A stretch of DNA of 64,000 nucleotides from IMG/VR virus record IMGVR_UViG_3300042508_000428; one strand, given 5' to 3'. The notes under the pieces were generated by a model. It was not told the origin of the DNA. It did no database searches and was given only the letters and a program-made list of their open reading frames with translations. Below, piece after piece: positions 46,639-54,944 of the stretch; position 1 is the stretch's first letter, and the number at the start of each line of letters is the position of its first letter. Origin of the DNA: a virus. Position numbers and translations under genes: made by a program.

Positions 46639-47150
46639 TGAATATCTTTGCAATTGAAGGTGATGAAAAAACCGGACACATTGATTGGTATATGTCCGGT
46701 AGAACACAGGATAATCTGCGAACAGTTAAAATGCTTCTTGAAAGCACACAACTACTTTCTTCTGCCATGCACCTAAATGGTATGGAAGGATGCTACAAAC
46801 TTAATCATGCCAAGCATCCTTCCACACTATGGACAGCAGAGAGTTCGGACAACTGGGTGAATCTCTACATTCATGCTATGGCGCTCAATCAAGAATACGA
46901 GGAGCGATTTGGTAAAGAACATAAATGCAAACCTCGTCTGCTGGAGATGCAGAGTAAGGTAGACCTAAAGAAGTTCCCAACTTCTTCGCCAACTCCTCTT
47001 AAACTTGCTATGCCGGAAGAATTTAAATCACTCAATCCAGTTAAATCTTATCGAGATTTTTATTCTACCAAAGATAAAATGAGGTATCCAAAAGATAAAA
47101 TTCCAGATTGGTTTACGGCAAGACGAAAAATTCCCTTTGTAATTGTATGA
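46638..47150 (+). CDS. Pyrimidine-dimer DNA glycosylase-like (DenV superfamily) protein
   Basis: MNIF...VKMLLESTQLL...HAKHPSTLW...NLYIH.MAL..EY..RFGKEH. Confidence 0.6.
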   Translation: MNIFAIEGDEKTGHIDWYMSGRTQDNLRTVKMLLESTQLLSSAMHLNGMEGCYKLNHAKHPSTLWTAESSDNWVNLYIHAMALNQEYEERFGKEHKCKPRLLEMQSKVDLKKFPTSSPTPLKLAMPEEFKSLNPVKSYRDFYSTKDKMRYPKDKIPDWFTARRKIPFVIV

Positions 47151-47208
47151 TTAATCTACTTTTTGATAAAATACAAACTATATATTTTAGTCAGAAAGGA
47201 GACAAAAA

Positions 47209-47484
47209 ATGACAGACAATCAACTCAAAAAAATAATTTTAAATGAAATAAAAAATTTGTTAAATGAGCAAAGCGAATCGGATGTAAATGCTAATCTACA
47301 AACCCTTGTACAAGGTGCTAAATATCTAAGAGATAGACTTAAATCAGATCCGAGAGCAAGTGGTGTATTGTCTGCAATCGACAGTCTTATTAGGAAAGCA
47401 TATCCACAATATGAACAAATGTTAAATAAACAATCTGCAGGACAAGCTGGGTATAATCCAGAAACTGGTAAAAAAATTCCTTAA
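47209..47484 (+). CDS. Putative internal head protein with IILNE...LNE leader
   Basis: MTDNQLKKIILNEIKNLLNE; motif variant ACTATATAT at 47177; AGGAG SD. Confidence 0.55.
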   Translation: MTDNQLKKIILNEIKNLLNEQSESDVNANLQTLVQGAKYLRDRLKSDPRASGVLSAIDSLIRKAYPQYEQMLNKQSAGQAGYNPETGKKIP

Positions 47485-47504
47485 TATATACTTTTGATAA
47501 TACT

Positions 47505-47546
47505 AAAACCCTATACACAAAATGTGTATAGGGTTTTTGTTTTTTT
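47505..47546 (+). terminator. Intrinsic terminator
   Basis: AAAACCCTATACACA / TGTGTATAGGGTTTT stem followed by long T tract. Confidence 0.85.
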
Positions 47547-47551
47547 ATAAA

Positions 47552-47560
47552 ACTATTTAG
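47552..47560 (+). promoter_or_regulatory. Putative late promoter motif ACTATTTAG
   Basis: 40 nt before ATG 47592; variant CCTATTTAA at 47893 precedes 47946. Confidence 0.65.
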
Positions 47561-47591
47561 TTTGGTGGCTTTTTGCTTTGGAGGATCCTAA

Positions 47592-47942
47592 ATGAAACTA
47601 CCTATTGTTATTGAAGATTCTTGGGTCCCTGGTTTTCTATCCAAATTTGCCAATGCAAATTTTATTGCTAACTCTTTCGCAATCTTTATTTTCTTTCGTG
47701 GAAAGATAATTGAAAAAACTTGGCGACATGAAATGATTCATTACAGACAACAAAAAGAGTTATTCTTTGTTGGTCAATGGATTTTGTATGCTTATTATTA
47801 TCTCGTTTGTCTTTACAAGCACAAAGATAGATATAAAGCTTATAGAGAGAACCCATTTGAAAAAGAGGCTTATGCCAATGACACTGATCCAACCTATTTA
47901 ATTAAGAGAAAAAAGTACGCTTGGAAAAATTACAGAGGATAA
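47592..47942 (+). CDS. Small HExxH zincin-like protein
   Basis: RHEMIHYRQQ...AYRENPFEKEAY. Confidence 0.6.
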   Translation: MKLPIVIEDSWVPGFLSKFANANFIANSFAIFIFFRGKIIEKTWRHEMIHYRQQKELFFVGQWILYAYYYLVCLYKHKDRYKAYRENPFEKEAYANDTDPTYLIKRKKYAWKNYRG

Positions 47943-47945
47943 ATA

Positions 47946-50717
47946 ATGGATAACCAACAAGTCCCAAAAGCGGACAGCAAATTCCAGAAAATAGCAAGAA
48001 AAAATCATAGAAAATGGAAGATTCGCTTACTATCAAAAGGCGGTCAAAAAGCCGATAGTGGTGGTGGACCATATAGTAAAAAACCAGATTATAATAGAGC
48101 AAAGTCTGCCCCTCCTGGATTTGGTGGTTCATTAGAAGAAGCAGAACAACTTGATGAAGTTATCAGAAAGAAAGATGGAAAGTATTGTTTGTTTTCTAAA
48201 AAAACAAACAGAAATTTAGGTTGTTATCCAACAAGGGCAGGAGCAATGAAAAGAGAGAAACAGGTTCAATATTTTAAACATCTCAAAGAAAATCAACATA
48301 ATGAAATTATTAACGAAGAATTATATCAAACTCTTTTAGAAGAAGGATTCTTAGATATGGTTGTTGATGCCATAGGATCAGGATCTACTTGGGTAAAAGA
48401 CAAATTGTTTTCTCTTCTTGGAGTTAGCGATGAAAAAGAAAAGAAAGGAATTTTAGGTTTTCTTACTTCTAAACTAGATACGAAGGAAGAAGTTGAGACT
48501 GCAGAAAAAAATGAAAAGCAAATAGAACAAGAATTAAAAGATTATATACAAAAAGAAAAAAATAAAAACAAAGGCAAAAAAGCATTAATATATGGTCATA
48601 GTCAAGCCGGAGGAGTTGGTCTTGGTCTTAAGTCTGCACTCAAATCCGTTGGTTATGATGTAAATCTTGTTATTAAAAATAGTGCAAATGACAGTCGATT
48701 ATTGAGAGAGATAGGTGACGCTGGAGATCCAAAACAATATGATAAAGTATATTTGTTTGTGGGTGGAAATTCTCCATATATTCCAAAAGTAGATTTGATT
48801 TCTTCTATGATTAATTTGTTTGGTCCAGAAAAAACGTCAATTGTGCTTCCTCCTACGAATATAGACAAATATAAAGTTGCCGACATAGGATCTAGAAACA
48901 AAGCAAACAAAGAAGGAATCCTCCAGAGATTCGGAGGAGTAGTAAAAGTTTATATTCCGTATGGTCACTCAAATGATTTTTCGGACGGAATACACATGAA
49001 TCATAATGCTCTTGGAACAAAAAGATTCATACAGGATATTTTTGCTGAAAAACCAAGCATACCGCCAGAAAAGCAAGGTATTAAAACCACAAGCGCAGTT
49101 GTAAAAAATTCTTTAAGCAGAAGGCAAAGAGAGATGGCAGGTTTAATTGAAAAGAGATTTATTGAAGCAGGATTGTCAAAAAATTTAGCACTAGCTGCTA
49201 TTGTAAATTCTTATTATGAGTCTAGTTTAAACCCAAGTGTAACTGGGGATCGCGCCGAGAAAGTTGATGGGCGTTGTGCTAGACAAGTTGAAGAAAAAGA
49301 AGGTCCAAAATCTCCATGTGGAGGAGGATTGTTTGGCATTCATTCTTGCGGAGGTATGGGAGGCTGTAGAGCTACTGGAAATGGTATGTCAATAGAAGAT
49401 ATAAAAGACCCAGAAAAAAGTATTTCAACAATGATAAATTATATAAAAAGAAAAGGATTTGATAAGAAAAACTTAGAAAATTCTGTTGAAGATATAACTT
49501 ATAATTTTTGTTACAGTTTAGAAGTTCCTAAAAATAGATTGATTAAATGCAGAAACAGAGCCAATTCTGTTTCACAAGTTCTTGAAATGTCTAATTTAAC
49601 TGAATCTAAAAAAATTACAATCAAGTTTGGTCAACAATTAACAGAGGGCAAGACAAAAGGTAAAGAAGATCGTTGTACTCGTATAGCAAAGAGCAAATAT
49701 GATGCTTGGCCTTCTGCTTATGCTTCTGGTGCTGTTGTTAAATGTCGTCAAGGCAAGATCTGGAAGAACATAAAAGAAGAGGAAGAATTAGACGAGACAA
49801 AGAAAAAAGCAAAACACGTCGCGAAGAAAGCGTTAGCATTGTGGCTTGCTGGTTCAACTGCGACAACCCCTCCGCCAGATGCAACAAAACCAGTAAAAAA
49901 AGCTTCTACATCTAAAGATGAAATAAAAGAAGAGTGGTCTGATTCTGAGAGAAAGAAGAGAAAAGCAAACTGTTCCAATCCAAAAGGCTTCACAATGAAG
50001 CAGTTCTGCAAGAATCAAAGAACAAAATCGAAAGAAGGTCAAAAGAAAAATGAAGAAATTCAGCTAAATGAAAAATGCTGGGAAGGTTATACTCAAAAAG
50101 GCATGAAAACAATGTTTGGAAAAAAATATCCAAACTGTGTAAAGAAAACAAACGAAGCAAAAGATCCAAAAGTTGGAACAGGTAAAAAACCAGAAGGTTC
50201 TGATCGTCGCTTATACACTGACGAAAATCCAAAAGATACTGTAAGTGTAAAATTTTCTACAGCAGAAGATATAAGAGATACTTTATCAAAAGAGTCTTTT
50301 AAATCAAAACCACATGCTCGTCAATCACAAATTATTAATCTTATTCACCAAAGAGTTCGTGCTGCTTACGAGAACGCTAAAGATCCAGAGGTTAAGTCCA
50401 GATTGAAAATTGCTCTTGATTATGCTGAAAAAAGAAAAGAGGCATCCAAGAAAAAGACAGAAGCAATGAAAGAGCTTGATGAGCGTAAACTTGGCAAACC
50501 TTCCAGCGAAACCAATTTAGGCGATTGGTTTAAAAGAAAAGGTGCCCCCGGAAAAGGCGGTGGCTGGGTAGATTGTAACACTTGTCGTGATGGAAAATGT
50601 AAGCCATGTGGCAGACAAGAAGGTGAAAAAAGAAGCAAATACCCTCGTTGCCGTCCAACACCTTCACAGTGCAAGGGCTATAAGAGAAGAGGCGATAATC
50701 TTCAAAAAGAGGAATGA
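47946..50717 (+). CDS. 923-aa modular protein: SGNH-hydrolase-like domain, phage-tail-lysozyme-like domain and many short basic Cys-containing modules separated by (L/I)xE sites
   Basis: YGHSQ...GGN...DGIH (about 48580-49000); AGLS...ALAAIVNSYYESSLNP...GLFG (about 49120-49580); modules WPSAYASG, CSNPKGFTMKQFC, CWEGY...PNCV, GTGKKP...LYTDENP, WF...WVDC...CGR...YPRCRP. Confidence 0.7.
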   Translation: MDNQQVPKADSKFQKIARKNHRKWKIRLLSKGGQKADSGGGPYSKKPDYNRAKSAPPGFGGSLEEAEQLDEVIRKKDGKYCLFSKKTNRNLGCYPTRAGAMKREKQVQYFKHLKENQHNEIINEELYQTLLEEGFLDMVVDAIGSGSTWVKDKLFSLLGVSDEKEKKGILGFLTSKLDTKEEVETAEKNEKQIEQELKDYIQKEKNKNKGKKALIYGHSQAGGVGLGLKSALKSVGYDVNLVIKNSANDSRLLREIGDAGDPKQYDKVYLFVGGNSPYIPKVDLISSMINLFGPEKTSIVLPPTNIDKYKVADIGSRNKANKEGILQRFGGVVKVYIPYGHSNDFSDGIHMNHNALGTKRFIQDIFAEKPSIPPEKQGIKTTSAVVKNSLSRRQREMAGLIEKRFIEAGLSKNLALAAIVNSYYESSLNPSVTGDRAEKVDGRCARQVEEKEGPKSPCGGGLFGIHSCGGMGGCRATGNGMSIEDIKDPEKSISTMINYIKRKGFDKKNLENSVEDITYNFCYSLEVPKNRLIKCRNRANSVSQVLEMSNLTESKKITIKFGQQLTEGKTKGKEDRCTRIAKSKYDAWPSAYASGAVVKCRQGKIWKNIKEEEELDETKKKAKHVAKKALALWLAGSTATTPPPDATKPVKKASTSKDEIKEEWSDSERKKRKANCSNPKGFTMKQFCKNQRTKSKEGQKKNEEIQLNEKCWEGYTQKGMKTMFGKKYPNCVKKTNEAKDPKVGTGKKPEGSDRRLYTDENPKDTVSVKFSTAEDIRDTLSKESFKSKPHARQSQIINLIHQRVRAAYENAKDPEVKSRLKIALDYAEKRKEASKKKTEAMKELDERKLGKPSSETNLGDWFKRKGAPGKGGGWVDCNTCRDGKCKPCGRQEGEKRSKYPRCRPTPSQCKGYKRRGDNLQKEE

Positions 50718-51250
50718 TGATAAAAATAATACTTGAATCAAAAAAGAAATATGTCCAAGTTCCTCTACCTGTAAAAAAGACAGATCTTGAGCCTGTTATG
50801 TCTTCTGACACAATTGATTACCACTATGGTTCGCTTTACAAAGGTTATGTCGATAAAGCTAACAAAGGTGTAGGTGGTGAGTTTCAAAAAGCAGGAGCTT
50901 TTCTTCACAACATTTGGTTCTCTCAGTTCAAGAAACCATCAAATCAAAAACCAGACGGTTTATTTCTTGAGCTTGTAAATAGAAAATATGGTTCTTATGC
51001 TTCTTTTCAAAAAGAACTCAAAGAAGTCGCAATGAAAATTCAAGGTTCTGGTTGGGTTTACACGGATAAGAACGGCAATATAAAGACCATTGCAAACCAC
51101 GAAATAAAACCAGACATTATCTTATTAATTGATTGGTGGGAACACGCTTGGGCATTAGATTATCAGGCAGATAAAGAAGAGTATTTAGACAACATTTACA
51201 AAGTTATTGATTGGAATGTTATAAATGCTCGTTTAGCGACGGAGAAATAA
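50714..51250 (+). CDS. sod: Fe/Mn superoxide dismutase with extra N-terminal IILE leader
   Basis: LEPVMS.DT.DYHY, LHNIWF, GSGWV, IDWWEHAW (metal ligands H, H, D, H). Confidence 0.9.
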   Translation: MMIKIILESKKKYVQVPLPVKKTDLEPVMSSDTIDYHYGSLYKGYVDKANKGVGGEFQKAGAFLHNIWFSQFKKPSNQKPDGLFLELVNRKYGSYASFQKELKEVAMKIQGSGWVYTDKNGNIKTIANHEIKPDIILLIDWWEHAWALDYQADKEEYLDNIYKVIDWNVINARLATEK

Positions 51251-51888
51251 TGTCTTCTTCAAACATAAATTTACCTCAAACAAAAGTTTGGATTCGTGGC
51301 GATGCGTGGGGAAACTCAAAGGAAGAGTTTGATGAAGCTTGGCTTGTTTCGGTTAGAGCATTGAGAGGTGGACCTTTATGCTTCCAAGTGTTTGTTCCAA
51401 GATACTCTGCTTGCTATGATAAAATACCTATTCAGTGTTTATACTGGAAACTACCAGAACTTGGAGTTAGACATTATAGAATGAGTGAACTACAAATGTG
51501 GGAATCTATTTCTGGTGAAATAGAGTTTTGGAGAAAAGAGCTTTTAAAAGAATGTGAAGTTGCAATCAGAATAGAAAATAAAACATTCACCAAGGGACAT
51601 TACTGGTTTACCATAGATTTTATTCCAGAAAAAAGAGGATCAGGCTATTATGATGTTGGTTGTTCCTCTGTGTTGGAAGAACATAAAGAAGGAAATGTAA
51701 TAAGATTACACAATGGTCAAATAGCTGTTTATCCAAATAATAGAATTAAATGGCTAGAAGCGAGCTTGTCCACAGAAGATTCTTTATATTCAATCCCGCC
51801 TTGGAGCGTCGCAGAAGACATCAAGTGGTTAGAAGAATGGAAACAGATAGATAATAATTTATATGGTGATGAGGATTGGTATTATTAA
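51250..51888 (+). CDS. Conserved-looking hypothetical phage protein
   Basis: Start re-assigned to ATG 51250 (TAATG coupling); Trp-rich, YPNNRI motif. Confidence 0.6.
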   Translation: MSSSNINLPQTKVWIRGDAWGNSKEEFDEAWLVSVRALRGGPLCFQVFVPRYSACYDKIPIQCLYWKLPELGVRHYRMSELQMWESISGEIEFWRKELLKECEVAIRIENKTFTKGHYWFTIDFIPEKRGSGYYDVGCSSVLEEHKEGNVIRLHNGQIAVYPNNRIKWLEASLSTEDSLYSIPPWSVAEDIKWLEEWKQIDNNLYGDEDWYY

Positions 51889-51891
51889 TAA

Positions 51892-51900
51892 ACTATTTAG
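51892..51900 (+). promoter_or_regulatory. Putative late promoter motif ACTATTTAG
   Basis: 30 nt before ATG 51922, AGGAG SD. Confidence 0.65.
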
Positions 51901-51921
51901 TATAATTGTAGGAGAGTAACA

Positions 51922-52815
51922 ATGAGAGTTGAGAAATGGGATATTTTGATGCACCGCCTTCTAACAGAAAAGAAGGAAAAAGAAGAAAAAGCAAGCAAAT
52001 CGAAAGGTTCAAAGCCAGATTTTCTTGATTTAGATAAAGACGGTGATACTTCTGAACCAATGAAGAAGGCATCAAAAGAGTCGGGTGGTAAAAAAGAAAC
52101 AAAATCCAAGAAAGGAAAAGGCAAGATCCCTCCTCAACTAAAAATGCACATCAAGAAAAAGAAAAACAAACTTGATGAAGCAATTGAGAGACTAGAAAAA
52201 ATTCTTTTTGAACAACACGATCTTCAAGAATATGGAGAAGATAAACACCCTGATATTGAAGACGACGATGATGATTTTGATGCTGATGATCTGCCATCCT
52301 ATGGTGAAGAAGACTTTGGTGATTATGGCGAAGAAAGTATGAGAAAATTTGCTCAAAAATCAAAAAATTTTGCAGATAAATACACCGAAGAAGATGACTA
52401 TGAAGAAGAGGAAGAAGAAGATTACGAAGACGAAGATGATTTTGAAGATGATGATGATATGGAGGACGAAGAAGTTGAAGATGATGATGATATGGATTTA
52501 GATGATGAAAATGATATGGAAGAATATCTAACCGAAGCAGAGGTTAAGAAAAAACAACCACGACTTGGTAAAGTAACTCGTAATCCATCCGGCTCAAAAA
52601 AAAAGTTTCACGTCTACGTTAAATGTGGCGGAAGAGTAAAGAAGATCTCATTCGGTGATCCAGGATTATCAATTAAAAGAGATTCTGCTGCCCGTAGAAA
52701 GAACTTTAGAGCAAGACATAAGTGTGATCAACCAGCAGGAAAAGATCGTTGTACAGCGAGATATTGGTCTTGCTATCAATGGAGAGCAGGAAAGAAGGTT
52801 GAAGGCGAGGAGTAA
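51922..52815 (+). CDS. Putative internal head polyprotein: basic module, acidic tract, C-terminal basic Cys-containing domain
   Basis: LLTE leader; PDFLDLDKDGD.SEPMKKA; LDE, LQE, LTE sites; KKFHVYV...FGDPGL.I...RRKNFRARHKC...TARYWSC. Confidence 0.6.
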   Translation: MRVEKWDILMHRLLTEKKEKEEKASKSKGSKPDFLDLDKDGDTSEPMKKASKESGGKKETKSKKGKGKIPPQLKMHIKKKKNKLDEAIERLEKILFEQHDLQEYGEDKHPDIEDDDDDFDADDLPSYGEEDFGDYGEESMRKFAQKSKNFADKYTEEDDYEEEEEEDYEDEDDFEDDDDMEDEEVEDDDDMDLDDENDMEEYLTEAEVKKKQPRLGKVTRNPSGSKKKFHVYVKCGGRVKKISFGDPGLSIKRDSAARRKNFRARHKCDQPAGKDRCTARYWSCYQWRAGKKVEGEE

Positions 52816-53669
52816 TGAAACAACTTCTTGAAAATTGGAATAGATTTATCTTAAAAGAAGCTTCGTACCGCCAAGTTATGGAAAGATTTGGTAGTTCAAA
52901 GTTTCTTAAATCTTCCGAATTTAATCAAGTTGACCCAGAAGAGGCAAAGCAAAAGATATTAGAAACTGTACCAGAGAACTTTGATGTTCAAGAAAAAGCA
53001 AATTATCTGGATTGGAGAATCTCAACCTTTATCAAGACTGGTAAATATGAAGGTCCATCTGCTGAAATCGTCAAAAGATATTATGAGATTAAGTCTGACG
53101 AAGGCAAGAAGAAACTCCTTAACAAAATTAACATCTCAGATATAAACTCTGTTGAAGAATTTGAAGAGATCGTCTATAATGCTGAAGGATCTCTTGGAGA
53201 AAAAGAGAAGAGTAGAAAAGAAGAAAGTACATCTGGTGAAGGTCAAAATCTTGTTTATGAAGATGATAATTGGAAAGTATATCTTCCAGAAACCAAAGGA
53301 GCATCTGTTGCCCTATGTCGTGGACCAAACCCAGACGGAATCAAGGGTAAATCAACCAGAGCAAAATGGTGTACTGGTGTGTTGACAAGAAAGTATTATG
53401 AGGTTTATCATAAACCAGATAATCCTCTGATTATTTTTATTTCTAAATCTGATCCCGCTGAGAAATATCAACTTAGTTATTTTGGAATTTCAAGCGAATC
53501 TCCGTTCTGGAATCCAAATGATCCTGAAAAACCAGAATTTAAAAACAACAGAGACAAAGACATTACAGGAACGGATGTATTTTCGGAACTAAATAATATA
53601 GTAGCAAGTCTTGAAGATAAACTTCCAGAGAGAGTTGTTAATAAAGCAAAAAAATTTGCAGGAATGTAA
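52815..53669 (+). CDS. Putative internal head protein with PcfJ-like domain
   Basis: MKQLLENWNRFILKE leader; WKVYLPET..AS...KWCT...Y..Y...LIIF...KYQL. Confidence 0.5.
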   Translation: MKQLLENWNRFILKEASYRQVMERFGSSKFLKSSEFNQVDPEEAKQKILETVPENFDVQEKANYLDWRISTFIKTGKYEGPSAEIVKRYYEIKSDEGKKKLLNKINISDINSVEEFEEIVYNAEGSLGEKEKSRKEESTSGEGQNLVYEDDNWKVYLPETKGASVALCRGPNPDGIKGKSTRAKWCTGVLTRKYYEVYHKPDNPLIIFISKSDPAEKYQLSYFGISSESPFWNPNDPEKPEFKNNRDKDITGTDVFSELNNIVASLEDKLPERVVNKAKKFAGM

Positions 53670-53671
53670 AA

Positions 53672-54016
53672 ATGAACTTTAAAGATATAAACGACAAATG
53701 GAAATCCTTCTTGACTGAAAATGCTTTCAAAGAAGATAAACTTGTCAAAAAAGATAAGAAAGAAAAAGTTAAAGATAAAAAAGGCAAAAAGAAAGAATTA
53801 ATTGTTTCCGAAGAAGATGATGTAAATGAATGGGAAGAATTTGAAGAAGCCGTAATTAATGAACCATCTGGCGCTGGTGTAAATAAAGCAATAAACTCCG
53901 TAGAAGAAAATGAACCACTAGAAGAAATGTCTGCCATGTCCGGCGGAGCAGTTCAGGGTTTTGCTGGTAATGCTTTTGGAACTCCTGTTAGAAGAAGAAA
54001 AAAGAGAAGACATTGA
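53672..54016 (+). CDS. Putative internal head protein
   Basis: MNFKDINDKWKSFLTE leader; INE and LEE sites. Confidence 0.55.
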   Translation: MNFKDINDKWKSFLTENAFKEDKLVKKDKKEKVKDKKGKKKELIVSEEDDVNEWEEFEEAVINEPSGAGVNKAINSVEENEPLEEMSAMSGGAVQGFAGNAFGTPVRRRKKRRH

Positions 54017-54041
54017 CAACAACAATAACTTGTCGTATCAT
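54013..54041 (+). promoter_or_regulatory. sigma70 promoter TTGACA-17-TATCAT
   Basis: Precedes thyX. Confidence 0.75.
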
Positions 54042-54064
54042 AGACCCAAACTTAGAGAGGTCTT

Positions 54065-54760
54065 ATGAAAGTTAGTTTAGTTTCCTATACAAAACCAGCA
54101 GGTATATTAGAAGATACAGATATAACCACCCCTACTGATCTGGTGGCATATTGTGCTCGCGTATCAAACCCAACAAATCAAATGAACTCCGCAACTTCCG
54201 AGAAGTTGATTAAGTATCTAATCAAGAATAAACACTGGTCTCCGTTGGAAATGGTTGATGCTACAATAGAGATTGAAACAACAAGAGATATTGCTCGTCA
54301 GATTCTTCGCCACCGATCATTCTCTTTCCAAGAGTTCTCACAGAGATACTCCGATGTATCTCATTTGGGAGATAGCAAAGAATTTGATTCCTTCTTTGAT
54401 TATTCAGAGTTAAGACTTCAAGATACAAAGAACAGACAGAATAGTGTTGAGACAGACGATCAAGCATTAAAGAATACTTGGATTATGTATCAGAAAGAAG
54501 TTATGAGAGTATCTCAAGAGGCTTATGTTTGGGCAATTAAACATGGAGTAGCAAAAGAAGTTGCTCGTAAAGTTCTACCAGAAGGTTTAACCAAATCTCG
54601 TATGTATATGAAGGGTTCATTAAGATCCTGGATTCACTACCTAGAGGTTCGTGGGGAAGGTTCAGGAACACAAAAAGAGCATATGTTGGTAGCAAACGAA
54701 ATAGCGAAGATTATTGCAGAAATATTCCCGGTATCAGAGGAATTAAAAAATGAAATATAA
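54065..54760 (+). CDS. thyX: Flavin-dependent thymidylate synthase
   Basis: ARVSN, HWSPLE, RQILRHRSFSFQEFSQRY, RSWIHY...R. Confidence 0.97.
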   Translation: MKVSLVSYTKPAGILEDTDITTPTDLVAYCARVSNPTNQMNSATSEKLIKYLIKNKHWSPLEMVDATIEIETTRDIARQILRHRSFSFQEFSQRYSDVSHLGDSKEFDSFFDYSELRLQDTKNRQNSVETDDQALKNTWIMYQKEVMRVSQEAYVWAIKHGVAKEVARKVLPEGLTKSRMYMKGSLRSWIHYLEVRGEGSGTQKEHMLVANEIAKIIAEIFPVSEELKNEI

Positions 54761-54944
54761 AAAGATCTATGAAGGTAATGTAATTCTAACAACCACAAGT
54801 CTAACAGAACTTTTAAAAAATGTTCCGTCCGATGTTAAAATGGAAGAATTAAAAATCATTCCAGTATTTAATGTATTAGGAAGCGGAGGAACAGAGTTGG
54901 TTGGTTTTCGACTCGTAGCATACAGACAAGATGGAGAGTCTTAA
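54750..54944 (+). CDS. Small hypothetical protein
   Basis: Overlap-coupled ORF, GAGG SD. Confidence 0.55.
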   Translation: MKYKKIYEGNVILTTTSLTELLKNVPSDVKMEELKIIPVFNVLGSGGTELVGFRLVAYRQDGES

